A stretch of 64,000 nt of DNA from Antedon mediterranea (taxonomy: Eukaryota; Animalia; Echinodermata), in contig NC_092675.1 in the NCBI RefSeq assembly GCF_964355755.1, positions 15,100,912 to 15,164,911 on the forward strand, written 5' to 3'. Position 1 is the first letter of the stretch. Each line of letters begins with the position of its first letter. The notes under the pieces are model-generated. The model made no database searches and had not been told where the DNA came from. It was given only the letters and a program-made list of their open reading frames with translations. Below, piece by piece: positions 1 to 11,812 of this stretch. Both the position numbers and the translations under genes were made by a program.

Positions 1-98
1 AATCTTGTAAGAGGTTTACTGTAGCTCACAATTTGCAGTACTTTTTACTTTATAATTAGTCCAGTGTATTTTTTAATGCTGAAAAATTTATTTTTTAG

Positions 99-355
99 CC
101 ACGACAAGTATACCTACAAAGTTACCAGCGCTGACATTAAATGGAAACAAATTTGAGCTTCAAACTCCTATCACTTCTGAAACTAAACATCTAGCCTATT
201 CATCACAAATGGGAGTTATAGTTGCAGCAGTTATAGGAGTTGTTGTGCTTGCTCTAATTCTATTCGGGATTATGTATTGGTCAACAAACATGCGTAAAGC
301 ACGTGACAGGAACATGGGTCGACTTGACAGTATACAAAGCGTCAATTTCCAGCAG
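99..355 (+). CDS. Tie: Tie-family RTK exon: membrane-proximal ectodomain, TM helix and start of cytoplasmic region (gene begins upstream of window)
   Basis: tttttag acceptor and CAG|gtaaa donor. Reads ...SSQMGVIVAAVIGVVVLALILFGIMYWSTNMRKARDR...NFQQ and joins the next exon in phase 0. Confidence 0.85.
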
Positions 356-477
356 GTAAATTAAAGATACATTCAATACTCTTCCACAAGTAATTAAGAA
401 TGTCAACTCTATTGTATAATTTTTTCTATATTATTATACTGAAAGGACAGTTCAATTTTGAATAAGCTACTTTTTGG

Positions 478-2012
478 AAAAGTTATAACTCAAAAGTACT
501 TGAATGAAGTTACGTTTTGTTGCGGGCGGATAACCAAACTCGTCATTCTGACTTAAAATAACGCTATACGAGCACATTAAAAATGATTTTGATGACGTTG
601 TCACGAGTACAAATTTGAATAACGTAGGTCGTGTAATAATTTTAGGTATACAGTATATACTGTACATATTGTATAATGGCATATATTAGGCACAACTCAG
701 CACTATAAGCCTATAGGATGGCATACATCAACGTTTTTCGATCGTATGTTAACGTACGTGCATTTAAAAAAAATTAATTTCAGCACAATTATAAGAACGT
801 TCACCTATAATTCGTCATGTAACAATTATCTCAATATCTTTCAAACAACCTAATCTAATCCTAATAAGCTTTTCAGCTTGATCACTCATCTGTGACATCA
901 TTTATACGCCATTTCATAAAATCACATTATCAATCATACCTCCTTAACTTGTCATAAAAAGCTCAAAATTAAGTTTTGGTCAATTTAGAGAATGATTTAA
1001 GCCATTTGCGTGTTTCTAAACATTACTAATACGAATGTTTTGTATAAATCGCATTCTACTCAAAAAAGTACATTCACTTAATTTGAGTCCATTCCGACTT
1101 AAAATAACGCTATACGAGCACATTAAAAATGACAAAATGCGCACATTAATTGCACAAAAGTGTTGAAATGGTAAAAAAATAAGGCATTATTAAAATGAAA
1201 ATAATTCTTCAGGATGCACGATGAACCCCAATTGTTTAAACTTATTTAGAAAGCCATTGAGTGGTAGATATAAATGCATGTAAACATTTGACGTAAACAA
1301 TTGACGTCATTAAATGGCCACTTGAATTAAAAAATTAGGTTTTTTTTTTCTCTTTCGTCATAGATTATCACATTCAACAGAGGGCATCTCGGTTATTTTG
1401 TTCCCAATTTTCGCTTAAATTTTAGTATGTGATTGCTCAATTAATTGACTTTCTCATGAGTTGCCACCATTTTCATTTATTCAAGTTTTAAAAACTTGAA
1501 TAACGTAGGTCGTGTAATTTCACCTTCGCTGTATATTTGAATATCTTACAGTTCTTCATAATTGAAGGTTACCTTGATGATTATAATTTATTATGAAAGC
1601 TGATGAAATGTAGATATGAATCCTTATAAAAATTAAGTCTATTGTAATCATATGGCCAGTTCAAGATAAAAAGTAGTTTTTACAATTTTTTAGTCGAAGT
1701 TATACAAATTTTCAAAGAGCGCGCACCGCTCTTCTACGTGCCATATTTTCTTCCAAATCTTATATTTATTAATATTTATTATTCATTACCTTACCGAAAT
1801 TGTGATTTCTTTTTAAAGTAAATGTCAGTAAAATTATAAAATGATCACCTATAATTCATCAGTAACGAATTAAATTCTAGTTAGTATTATAGTATTCCAC
1901 TAAATAATGAAAGATGAAGAGTTATCCAAACAGAATTAAAGAAACCGCCAGAAATTTAATTTTAAGAGTCTATGCTCGTGAAGCAGACTTGAGTTTCAAC
2001 TGGCGACTTTTC
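478..2012. mobile_element. Degenerate non-autonomous rolling-circle-type repeat in a Tie intron
   Basis: Shares gcggataac(c/t)aactcgtc and gtgctcgtat segments (reverse complement) with the elements at 56146 and 51648. Internal direct repeats at ~550/1096 and ~615/1495. Boundaries approximate. Confidence 0.4.
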
Positions 2013-2078
2013 TAAGCCCTAAGTAATAAAACACAATAGAATATCAATTGATAATATTTTGTTTTTCTATATTTGTAG

Positions 2079-2394
2079 TTACTAAGAGAACGATCGTTAT
2101 CAAATGAATACAACGAAACAGGTGTAGCAATACAACGCTCCCCGGGGATTGCTTCTCCTGGTATGTTCTCATTTTCCGGGACGGGCTCCCCACCGCTATC
2201 CCCAGGACCCATGTCTCCAACTTGCAAGAGTCCAATGCCACCGTTGTCACCTCAGGCAGAATACTACAGGATTCCATGGGAAAATATGATACTAGAAAAC
2301 TTTTTAATTGCTGAAGGAAACTTTGGACAAGTCATGAAAGGAGTGGTTAAGAAGGAAGGAGCCGCGATACAGGCAGCGGTGAAAATGTTAAAAG
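2079..2394 (+). CDS. Tie: Tie RTK exon: Pro/Ser-rich juxtamembrane and kinase subdomains I-II
   Basis: tgtag|TTA...AAAG|gtatga. Encodes IPWENM...IAEGNFGQVMKG...AAVKMLK (compare Tie IGEGNFGQV, AAIKMLK). Confidence 0.92.
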
Positions 2395-2720
2395 GTATGA
2401 AAGATGATGAATAATAAATAAAATAAAAACTAGGTATTGCAATGTTCATAATCAAAATTCTATAGATGTGGTAATGTTCTCCTAGAAATAGCAAATATGA
2501 AGGCACATGATGTTCGGTATTTCATCTTTTGTATTTTCTTTGTAAGCAATTTACCATTTCAATAGCGAATGTGAACATGTCACAATGCTAAACGGAATGT
2601 GCTTCATGTAAATATGTAAATATTGAAGTAATACTAGTATCGTAAATATAACATCGGACTAATAATATGGATGAATTTGAAATACATAATTACTTTTTAA
2701 AATGTATTTCTCTTCTATAG

Positions 2721-2831
2721 AGGGTGCGAATGATAATGACCGACGAGATTTTTTTGGTGAATTGATGATAATGGCTAAAGTCGGCTACCACCCAAATATT
2801 GTAAATCTCATTGGTGCATCAGAATATCAAG
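2721..2831 (+). CDS. Tie: Tie RTK kinase exon (alphaC helix)
   Basis: EGANDNDRRDFFGELMIMAKVGYHPNIVNLIGASEYQG, with canonical AG/GT and consistent phases. Confidence 0.95.
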
Positions 2832-3508
2832 GTAAACAAAAAAAAAACATCGCATGAAATACATCAACGATCTAAGCTTGTTGAACCGACATCACGATAA
2901 TTTGAAGTATACTGTATTTAATTATCCGGTAGATGGCGGTGTTTCTCATTTTTAAGCCTGTACCGTACCGTACTAAACAGGCACCACATGTGATACACAT
3001 GCGATACTGGACTAATTCCAAGTCGGTATGAGTATTCATATTAGGAACTATGAACCCATATTTTTTATTAATTTAATTAATAATAATTAATTTATTTTAT
3101 TCATTATTCCATATTACACAAGTCAGTGTTTGCTTAAATTAGTTGTCTAGGTTCATGTTTTTTAAACTACTAGTAGTTGCAGACGATTTGACTAGTACCA
3201 CCTTTCATTTATTTGGTGTTCTTGGGGTCAAATGGGTCAGTAGGATGAAAATTCCGGAAAAAAATGTACATATGTACATAGATTTAGGATAATGCATAAT
3301 AAGCATAGCTGTATAATCTCACTGTACCTTTAAGAAATATATATTTTACTAGATGACTTTATTTTAAAGGACACAATAGGCCTAATTGTAGAATTTCTAT
3401 ATAATAATAATTATCATAATTGGTAAAATCCATACCAAAAGCTTTATTTTGGTATTAATATGAACGGTCTTTTGATAATATTATAATTAGTTAAATGTTT
3501 GCTTATAG

Positions 3509-3699
3509 GAGTACTGTATGTAGCAACCGAATTTGCAGAATATGGCAACTTGCTTAACTATTTACGACGAAGTCGCTGTTTGGAAACAGACCCAACATAT
3601 GCCAATAAAACAAATTTAGCATCGACACTTTCATCTGAAAACCTACTGCAGATTGCTGCAGATGTTAGTCTCGGAATGAAACATCTCTCGGAGAAGGGG
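3509..3699 (+). CDS. Tie: Tie RTK kinase exon (hinge and kinase insert)
   Basis: GVLYVATEFAEYGNLLNYLRRSRCLETDPTYANKTNLASTLSSENLLQIAADVSLGMKHLSEKG. The LETDP...ASTLSS insert is diagnostic of Tie1/Tie2. Confidence 0.95.
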
Positions 3700-3893
3700 G
3701 TACGTAACTACGATGCGTTAATCTTGCAATGAAAAATCTATCAAATAATGATTGACCTACACAAATCCATGTGTCTGTATGACAAATTCTATTTCTAACA
3801 TTTCTATATCATGAATATTTGGTTTGTATTACTTCTGTTTATTTGTTCATGTAATGTGTACAACTATTTATAACTATTTCTATATTACTTAAG

Positions 3894-4016
3894 TGTGTCC
3901 ACCGTGATTTAGCTGCCAGGAATATTCTACTTTGTGCAGACGGCGGAAATATTGTTGCTAAAGTTACAGATTTTGGACTGTCAAGAAGCGAAGAAGTTTA
4001 CGTAAAAACGACAGCA
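3894..4016 (+). CDS. Tie: Tie RTK kinase exon (catalytic loop, DFG)
   Basis: [41 protein letters not shown], bounded by aag| and |gtgagt. Confidence 0.95.
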
Positions 4017-5558
4017 GTGAGTAGTACATTTTTTAGTTCATCGATTACATTTTGTGACATAAAACAACCTATCCGGTAATTGGTGTATTGCCATGAGCCA
4101 CTAATTGTACAAGAAACATTTGTTCTGAATACTTACCTCAGTGTGACAAATATACCATTAATTAAATGTATTCATGACTTGACCTCACAGAATTAAACAA
4201 ACAATTATTACCGGTAGCATTGGTGACCTACCGTAGGGGAAAATAAGTTCATCCATTTTCATATTTTAAGACACAAGGTCAAGAAACATAAGGAAAAATA
4301 TTGCCTTTATTTATAACTTTATACACAATGGTTATTCCAGATAACTATAAACGGAATAATTTATGAACACTTTGGCGCCGAATTACATTTATATTTTTTC
4401 ATTTCATTTATTTATTTTACTTAAAGCAGATTTCAGCTGTCCCGCTCAACTCCGAATTCCAAAATATGTTATCATTGAAAAATAACTCCTAAACAACTTT
4501 TCATGTCACAATATTTGTTCGTATGTAATGCGTGTGTTTAGCAGCAAAAACACGTAACTGAAGTGTGGGCGAGATCGATTTAAATAATTTTGACTGTACT
4601 GTACATTGATTTCCAATTGTCGGGAACAATCTAGTTGTTGACGATGCTGAGGGTTTTGGAGACTTACTTGCACCTCCAAATCTGTTCAGAAAAGCTTCGC
4701 ATATTCATGAAGGACTGGGGTTATCATTTGAATGAACTAGTCCTTGGGCAATGAAATATATTAGCTATGTTATAATAACTTGATATGTAAATTGTTGTGT
4801 AAACCTTTGCAGGCTAGTGTTTTATTTAAATGCTATACCTCGCTGTGACAATATTCAGTTTTTTATATAGCTAAATTAATTAGTAACTTTTTAACACTAC
4901 AGCACAGAGCAGCATTTTAGCTTTTTTTTCTTTGCGATGGAGGCGCTACAGGGCTGATCTAAGACAATTTTGAAAGTTTTAGCTGCTAGTTCTTTGGAAA
5001 TCGCGATTACACATTGATATATAAACGAAATTATAAGTCTACAGGACCAGCCCATCGTAGTTGGGGTGGAGCTAAGAACATTTTTAAAACAAACTTGCTA
5101 GGTCCCTAAAAAACTCTTCTAAAACCTAAACGCACTCCCAGCCTATGCCTCTGTGATATAACATTTTATCAAAGATCTTACGAAGTACTTTCTATAAGAT
5201 CTTTTATTTTATCACACACTTCAATTATGGTTGCGTTTGCTATGCTTTATTAATATTTGAAATGGAGAAAGGGTTCACAAGACAGAAATACAAGGAAAAA
5301 ACATTCGGCACTAAACCCAACTTAAATCAATATCCATTTATTTATCAATGACAGCTACCGATACCAAAAAGTAACTTCTTGAAAGTCAAATGGGTCACAT
5401 CTATACCTAAATATCATATTATAGCTCCATGCTTGCAGTGACAGGATAAATAAAAAGTGATCGCAATAATGAATACATTTAAGTGTAGGATGATTGATAC
5501 ATTTATCAATTCATCGCAAAAGGGATGTTTGTAACAAATTTATGTTTTATTTGTTTAG

Positions 5559-5629
5559 GGTCGATTACCTGTTCGTTGGATGGCAATTGAATCTATAAAT
5601 TATAGTGTATATACCACAAAAAGCGATGT
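5559..5629 (+). CDS. Tie: Tie RTK kinase exon
   Basis: GRLPVRWMAIESINYSVYTTKSDV, bounded by tttag| and |gtaagt. Confidence 0.95.
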
Positions 5630-5766
5630 GTAAGTTAGACTTTGTCATCTTCGTATGCATGACAACATTAATGAGTAATTATTAATTAAATGCTTATGTA
5701 GGCCTGACAAATAAAACCGTAAATTAGGAAGGCCTAACAACTAATAAAATGCTGTTGTTATTTCAG

Positions 5767-5807
5767 GTGGTCATTCGGAATTTTATTGTGGGAGATTGTT
5801 ACGTTGG
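5767..5807 (+). CDS. Tie: Tie RTK kinase exon (41 nt)
   Basis: WSFGILLWEIVTLG, bounded by ttcag| and |gtgagt. Confidence 0.95.
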
Positions 5808-6003
5808 GTGAGTGTGGATTTATTTATAATAAAATAAGTATTGAAATAATATACACATTTAAAGTCAGCGGGTAATTTCTTCCAAATACTAGTAAAGATC
5901 CTAAATGCTTTAGTTGTGTAACAAAAATCTACTATTACTATTTGTGTGTTATTAAAGTATATTTGTGGTAGGCCTAATTTACAGTACTTCATCCTTTCAA
6001 CAG

Positions 6004-6100
6004 GAGGCACGCCGTACCCAGGTATGACGTGCGCAGAACTTTATGAAAAGCTACCAATGGGCTACAGGATGGAAAAACCCTTAAACTGTGACAATGAAGT
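6004..6100 (+). CDS. Tie: Tie RTK kinase exon
   Basis: [32 protein letters not shown], bounded by cag| and |gtaagc. Confidence 0.95.
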
Positions 6101-6527
6101 GTAAGCATGACAAATTGATTAAATAATAAAGCAAATTTATAAATTTGAGAAGTTTGCTATACTACTACTGTTTGCACTTGATCTTAGTGCATGCTATCGA
6201 GTGCTACAAATAACTGAACATACAATAAAGGAAGATCGACAATTAATTAACTATTAATATTACAAGACGACTTTCTCGTTAAGTAATTCTATTATAGTAT
6301 GCCTAAATTTGGTTTCTGTGCAATGTGAATGTAGCACAGTATTTTAATACCACTCCTTGCAACCAAGTAACTGGTGTTTTTACGTACAGCACTGACTTGT
6401 TGTACATAGAGAACACATTATTATAATAGTAGGCCTAGTGCCAGTATATTGTGTACTGTTATATTTATGAGATATACTGTTGTGTTGCCCTGCTGATGTA
6501 ATTTGTACATGCGATAACTATTTATAG

Positions 6528-6627
6528 GTATGACATTATGCGACATTGCTGGAGGGATAGACCACATGAACGACCCACCTTCGCACAGTTATATATTGCA
6601 ATAAACAGACTGGTTCAAGCCACAAAG
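6528..6627 (+). CDS. Tie: Tie RTK kinase C-lobe exon
   Basis: YDIMRHCWRDRPHERPTFAQLYIAINRLVQATK, bounded by tatag| and |gtaaaa. Confidence 0.95.
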
Positions 6628-6656
6628 GTAAAAATGTGCATTATTTTTTACTATTT

Positions 6657-7000
6657 TATACGGGCCTTACTACGTTGAAACACTGGTTCTCGCCAAATCA
6701 CCGAAGATAAGCAAGGTTGGGCCCGATTAAAGCTTGAATGGGAGACCATCTAGGAATACCGGGTGCTGTATATGAAGCTGGGGTCCCATTAGGCATTTGA
6801 AATCAGCACTTCTGACTCTTATGGCAGCCCCTGCATCTAGTATCTGCCTCAGACGTATTGACGTATGCCTCTCCTCTGGTTAAGGTGGGCACTGGACAAG
6901 AGAAGCCCTTGGTCAATGTTGGGACCAGCCAAAGGTGCTTTAAACAGTCCTGGCTTAGTCATCATTCAGATGAATGTAAGACTAATTGACATTATCGTTT
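6657..7000 (+). mobile_element. 5S rRNA-derived sequence followed by a GC-richer body (SINE3-like element or 5S pseudogene)
   Basis: 6657-6772 aligns along nearly the whole of metazoan 5S rRNA (acgttgaaa...atcaccgaag.taagcaa...tgggagacc..c.aggaataccgggtgctgta) with many substitutions. There is no oligo-T terminator after it. Confidence 0.7.
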
Positions 7001-7099
7001 ACGACAGAAGTCGGTCATATAAATTTTACTATTGAATTTTGTCTACAATTATACTAGTGTAATTAAAACGTTTTTTTTAAATAATAATATATCACAACT

Positions 7100-7688
7100 T
7101 ATTGGAAGTATCATTAATTAAGAGAAACATATAAAAACTGTTTAGCAAAATAAAACATATCAAAATAAAGATTCAGACGAATTAGATTAAAATGGTTTAA
7201 CAAGTTAAATAAAGTGTCAAAATCCTTGTGAAAAAGGGCATACTTAACGCTATTACAGATACCATGAATGACACAATCCCCAAATTTACACATTTTTAAA
7301 ATATTATGGCGGTATGTACTATTAAAGACAATATTACAAATAGAAAAGATTTAAAGGGTGAAGGAGAGCAGTGTTTCTACACAATTTAGGTAAACCTAAC
7401 GCTGCTTTAATTAAATTACTTTTTCTACTAATTGTGTTTTTTCTAAGTCAAGAATATCCTTCTTGCTCAGATTTACACATTGTAGGCCATACGTAAGAGT
7501 TGGTATCAGGACTGTTTTCCAGACATGTAGTTTTACATCTGTAGACGAACCATATTTACACATGCCAGTTCCTTGCAATGCATAGAAATCTTTCTGATAT
7601 TTACTTATTCTATTCCTGACATGAGCATTGCGCTTAAAATTACCACCCAGTTCAACGTCTAGGTACTTGACGACATCAACACATGCAA
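7100..7688 (-). mobile_element. LINE 3' fragment (RT thumb and C-terminus, RTEX-like)
   Basis: ORF 7411-7707 contains VKYLDVELG...HVRNRISK...WKTVLIPTLTYGLQC, a typical non-LTR RT C-terminal region. Confidence 0.7.
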
Positions 7689-7703
7689 ATATATATATAT
7701 ATA

Positions 7704-7943
7704 CCACGCCAAGAATGTTAAAGAGTCGCTATCCAATCGAGTTTGAACAATACCAACCATGAAAGCCCCAGTGGTCTAATGGTTAGGACATCTGCATATC
7801 AAGCAGGCGGTCCGAGTTCGGGTCTCGGTTGGGGCGACTTTTTCTCATTCTCACAGATTTCCTCATCTTTATCGTTTCAAATTAATTAATTAAATTTCAG
7901 TATATCATTGGGCGGTTAAGAATTAATGTTCTTTGCCTGATTT

Positions 7944-7947
<4 letters not shown>
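7704..7947 (+). mobile_element. (TA)n-flanked repeat carrying a tRNA-Asp-like cloverleaf (7765-7836)
   Basis: gccccag/ttggggc acceptor stem, A box TGGTCTAATGG, anticodon loop aT-ATC-aa, T arm ccgag-ttcgggt-ctcgg. Bounded by (TA)n on both sides. Confidence 0.7.

Positions 7948-8013
<66 letters not shown>
7947..8013. repeat. (TA)n microsatellite
   Basis: About 32 perfect TA units. Confidence 0.95.
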
Positions 8014-8017
<4 letters not shown>

Positions 8018-8290
8018 ACATCAGGCAAAGAAATTTAATTAATTAATTTGAAATTGAATTAATTAATTTGAAACGATAAAGATGAGGAAATCTGTGAGAA
8101 TGAGAAAAAGTCACCCCAACCGAGACTCAAACTCGGCCCCCTGCTTGATATGCAGATGTCCTAACCATTATAACACATATTATATAACACATTAGGCATA
8201 GAACAGTTATTCTAAACCCCCACCCCGGTGATACTGAACGATAAGATGAGGAAATCTGTGAGAATGAGAAAAAGTCCCCACAACTGGGGA
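8014..8290 (-). mobile_element. Two inverted partial copies of the tRNA-like (TA)n-associated repeat
   Basis: 8014-8170 is the reverse complement of ~7778-7947. 8183-8290 repeats the tail and the gatgaggaaatctgtgagaatgagaaaaagtc segment and ends in (TA)n. Confidence 0.75.
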
Positions 8291-8619
8291 TATATATATA
8301 CACACAGTTACAACAAAACGTCAAGCAGTACAAATAATTTTTTTAAATATCTAAAAATGAATTCATATTAAGAGGTGGAAATGTTTTCAATATTTCTGTC
8401 CTAGCTTTAATTAAAAATGATTTACTATTACTGTAAAAAAAATAGAGCACATTGTTTTATCTTAAAAAATGTCCCAATAGCATTCAGTAACTGTACATAA
8501 GTCCCTTTTTAATTCAGTAAAAATAATTATTTCTTATGGAGGATAAACTTTCAGACAAAAATCGAAACTTCGACTTGGGCTAACATAAGAAAGGCAATAA
8601 CTAGAGACTTGGGGCAAGT

Positions 8620-9130
8620 CTAGGTTGTTATAGCAGAAAATATGTCTGTTTTTATAGAAGAAAGTCTGTCTGGTAGAGCAGAAAGTATGTCTGTTGTTAT
8701 AGCAGAAAGTATGCCTGGTTGTTATAGCAGAAAGTATGTATGTTGTTATAGCAGAAAGTATGCCTGGTTGTTATAGCAGAAGAAAATATGTCTGTGGCCG
8801 TATTCACCATTCACACTTAGGCTGAGGGAATCACTTACCCTTAAAATTAAAACAAATCTCCTATCTAAGTAAATACAATTTAAAGGAAATAATTAAATAT
8901 TTATTGAGTTAAGTGAAATACTTAATGTTTAAGGGAAATATCTCACTTAAATGTGCTTGGTGAATACGGCCACTGGTTTTTAGCAAAAGGTCTGTCTGGT
9001 TTATAGCAGATAGTATGTATAGTTTTTATCAGAAAGTCTGTCTGGTTTTTCTGGCAGAAAGTCTGTCTAGTTGTTATAGCACAAAGTCTGTCTGGTTGTA
9101 ATAGCACAAAGTTTGTATGGTTTTTGTCAG
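8620..9130. repeat. ~24-26 bp minisatellite (gttgttatagcagaaagtatgtct) interrupted by a MITE
   Basis: Repeated tagcagaaagt core on both sides of 8795-8972. Confidence 0.8.
8795..8972. mobile_element. PIF/Harbinger-like MITE
   Basis: Perfect 15-bp TIR tggccgtattcacca/tggtgaatacggcca with 3-bp TSD CTG. A degenerate inverted relative lies at ~17697-17808. Confidence 0.85.
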
Positions 9131-9337
9131 AATTCTGACCATTTTAAGAGAAATTCATTGGGTTTTTTCATTGTGATTTCTGTAACACATTTTTATTGTA
9201 TACAATTAACCAAAATCTGAAATACATGTATAAGCTTATGTGATGTCACTTATAACAAACTTTTTAATCGTCTAAATCCTACTTTGCACAGAAATACTTA
9301 ACTGTATATTTAACAATCGTATTTTAAATATTTGCAG

Positions 9338-9457
9338 ACGTATGTGAATGTTGAAAATAATGAAGGATTTACCTATGTAGATATCAACACAGATGATGAT
9401 ATCAATCCACCAGGAAATAGTGCGGCATCATTCTTACTTAACACATCAAAGTGTTGA
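9338..9457 (+). CDS. Tie: Tie RTK terminal coding exon
   Basis: ttgcag|TYVNVENNEGFTYVDINTDDDINPPGNSAASFLLNTSKC*. The YVN and FTY docking tyrosines match the Tie2 tail. Several AATAAA follow (e.g. ~9459, 9543, 9733, 10289). Confidence 0.92.
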   Translation, partial: TYVNVENNEGFTYVDINTDDDINPPGNSAASFLLNTSKC

Positions 9458-10374
9458 AAATAAATGACAAATGAAGAATAGAAGACTTGTAAATATTTAT
9501 TTTGGTGAAATATAACATTCCCATCATTGCGTTGCAACTGTAAATAAATTATTACATTCCTAAGACGAAAGTCACTCTGGTTGTGTCACATAAAATGGTA
9601 AAAGGAAGCCAAACGGAATTGTTATTAGGAACCCAATTGTGGGTGTCGTGTCGACCTAATGGAAATAAGTCATTTCAACCAATACCGATAACAAATGGAA
9701 TTGAACTACTTTTAACATGCATTACTGTACGTAATAAATATGAATAGGCCTATACAAAAGTGATTGAAAAGAAAAACAATATTTGTAAAGAAATATTGAA
9801 ATATTAAAAATAAAAATAAAAAAATTAAAACGTAGACATAATTACCAATGCAGCGTTTTTAGAAAGTGTATGCTAGTCTAATGTTTAGATCATTATTGGG
9901 ATGTGTGCGTGTCGTGGGGGTTATATTTGTTGATTTTGAATATTATTGTGTAGGTCTATATAAAATCAGTGTGATTACCGTCCCCCCATAAACAAAATAT
10001 ATCTAAATTTCTAAAGTCTCAAACATTTTTTTTCTCGAAAACTTTGAAAATGTATTTAAACTTTGTTAATTTAAATTATGTTAGAAACAGATATTTTGTT
10101 TGTGTTTCTAGAACCGTACCATCGGTACGGATAGTTATTATAGTCAGCATATCATTAGAGTAAATGTAAGTTATGCAATTTCAATAGTTTTATATACATT
10201 ATTTCTTTTGTTATTATTTTGTACAAAAATCAAAATTTTAATAATATATATATATATACTTTTCTATATTTTACATATTTGTTTATCAAATAAATGTGAC
10301 AATGTCAGTTGGGCATGGTTGGTGATTTTATTAATTTGAAATAACATACAGTTTGAGTTTTATAATGTTAATAA

Positions 10375-11695
10375 CTAGAGGGTGAGCTCGCTTCGCTCGC
10401 TCCCCCTCTAGGAAGTGTAGACGATGGTTTTCGGAATGATAATGTTCTACTTATACGTTTTCTGTCGGTTACCATTATTGAAAATGCTTGACATTCGTAA
10501 AACTAAACTCCTTTGTTTCACAGTGTTTTACAGTAGATGATTAATAACATTTTAAAGTACAGTTTTTATTGTTTGGTAGGGCCCTTTGGGGAGGCGGAGG
10601 TCATTTGAGGGAGGTGCTTATTCGAGGGATATATGTTAAATTTTGTAGTTTTAATAATATGGTAACATTTATAATCAAATGAAATCCTCTAATAGATATG
10701 AAAAGTGCTAAAAAAGAATAACAAATACTTGGTAAATTGTAAATAACAGTGAGGTGAATTCTAATACAAATAGTATAATTGTGTTGTTATAAATATGTGG
10801 ATGGACGTTTATTAGATAGTTGGGTGGGGGGGGGGGGTTATTATTCAAAGTGATGTTTTATTGGAGAGGCGTTTATTCAAATGAATACCATCCTAATAAT
10901 TATTAATACATTATTGAATTTAATCATCTTTTGAAACTAACTGCCGTGACAGAGTGGGCCCAAGAAGGCAGACATCTCGGTCCTAACGGGACACAGGAAG
11001 ATATCCTACAGTTATTCCTGCAAGCTTACTCAATAAAACTCAGCTATCGGGATTTCACTCGAAAAATGTCTTATAATCAAATCTCCCTATGTAATTTTAT
11101 AATACTATTTCCCACAATATATTCTGATTCTTTATGGCGTATATTTAATTTGATCTTTATTAATTTGCAGTATAATTCCTATTCTTTAACTACTGTACAT
11201 TCACACACGCGCGATATGTTTTAAAATAAACAAAAAACTGAAATGGCTATGATTAATGGCCAAATATATCTGGGTTTTTTTTTCGTCTTCCAAAGGGACA
11301 CTATTGATTGATGGAAAGTGCCTGTTTCCAGTCACCTTTAGGGTCAAATCTATTATTTTAACTGCTCCCTTGTGTTTAAAAGAGAGAAAATATTTGAAAC
11401 TAAGGTTGTTGCAAGGTGAACTTATCTTAAACCCGGAAATTACTTTGACCGGGAAGAAATGAAATTGAGAGGAAAATCTAATTTTGAAATCATAAATGTT
11501 GTTAAAAAACTCTTTATAATATCTTCCTAAGATATAAATATGGAACAATAGCGTCGGCGTGAACACTAATGTTATCAAATCTACGTTTCGCGGTACATCT
11601 CGGATAGATAAGGTAGGTATCCAAGGCGGAGATTTTTACCGAAGTTTTTGCATTGTGCTCGCCTATGTCAGAATTAACCATAATTTATATATAGA
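10375..11695 (-). mobile_element. Non-autonomous Helitron (1.3 kb)
   Basis: On the minus strand: host A|TCTATATATAAA 5' end, and a 3' GC-rich hairpin (gagggggagcgagcgaagcgagctcaccct) ending CTAG|T. A second copy lies at 37360-37929 plus 55725-56144. Confidence 0.8.
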
Positions 11696-11812
11696 TTCAC
11701 ATCTTTTGCCATAAATCTCAGAAAAAGAATTTGAGGCACTATTAGTTTGTTGGTTTGAGGTTATTACCAATTTGGGACTCGCCATCATGTAGAAAGCAAA
11801 AGTCTGTGACGT

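Noticed and set aside
6657-6772. Functional 5S rRNA gene
   Set aside because: Many substitutions, eroded ends, no oligo-T terminator and not in an array.
7765-7836. Functional tRNA-Asp gene
   Set aside because: ATC anticodon, purine at position 32, T-loop TTCGGGT lacking A58, and embedded in a multi-copy repeat.
9446-9457. C-terminal SKC as a peroxisomal PTS1 or CaaX signal
   Set aside because: Fits neither consensus well and is implausible for a type I membrane RTK.
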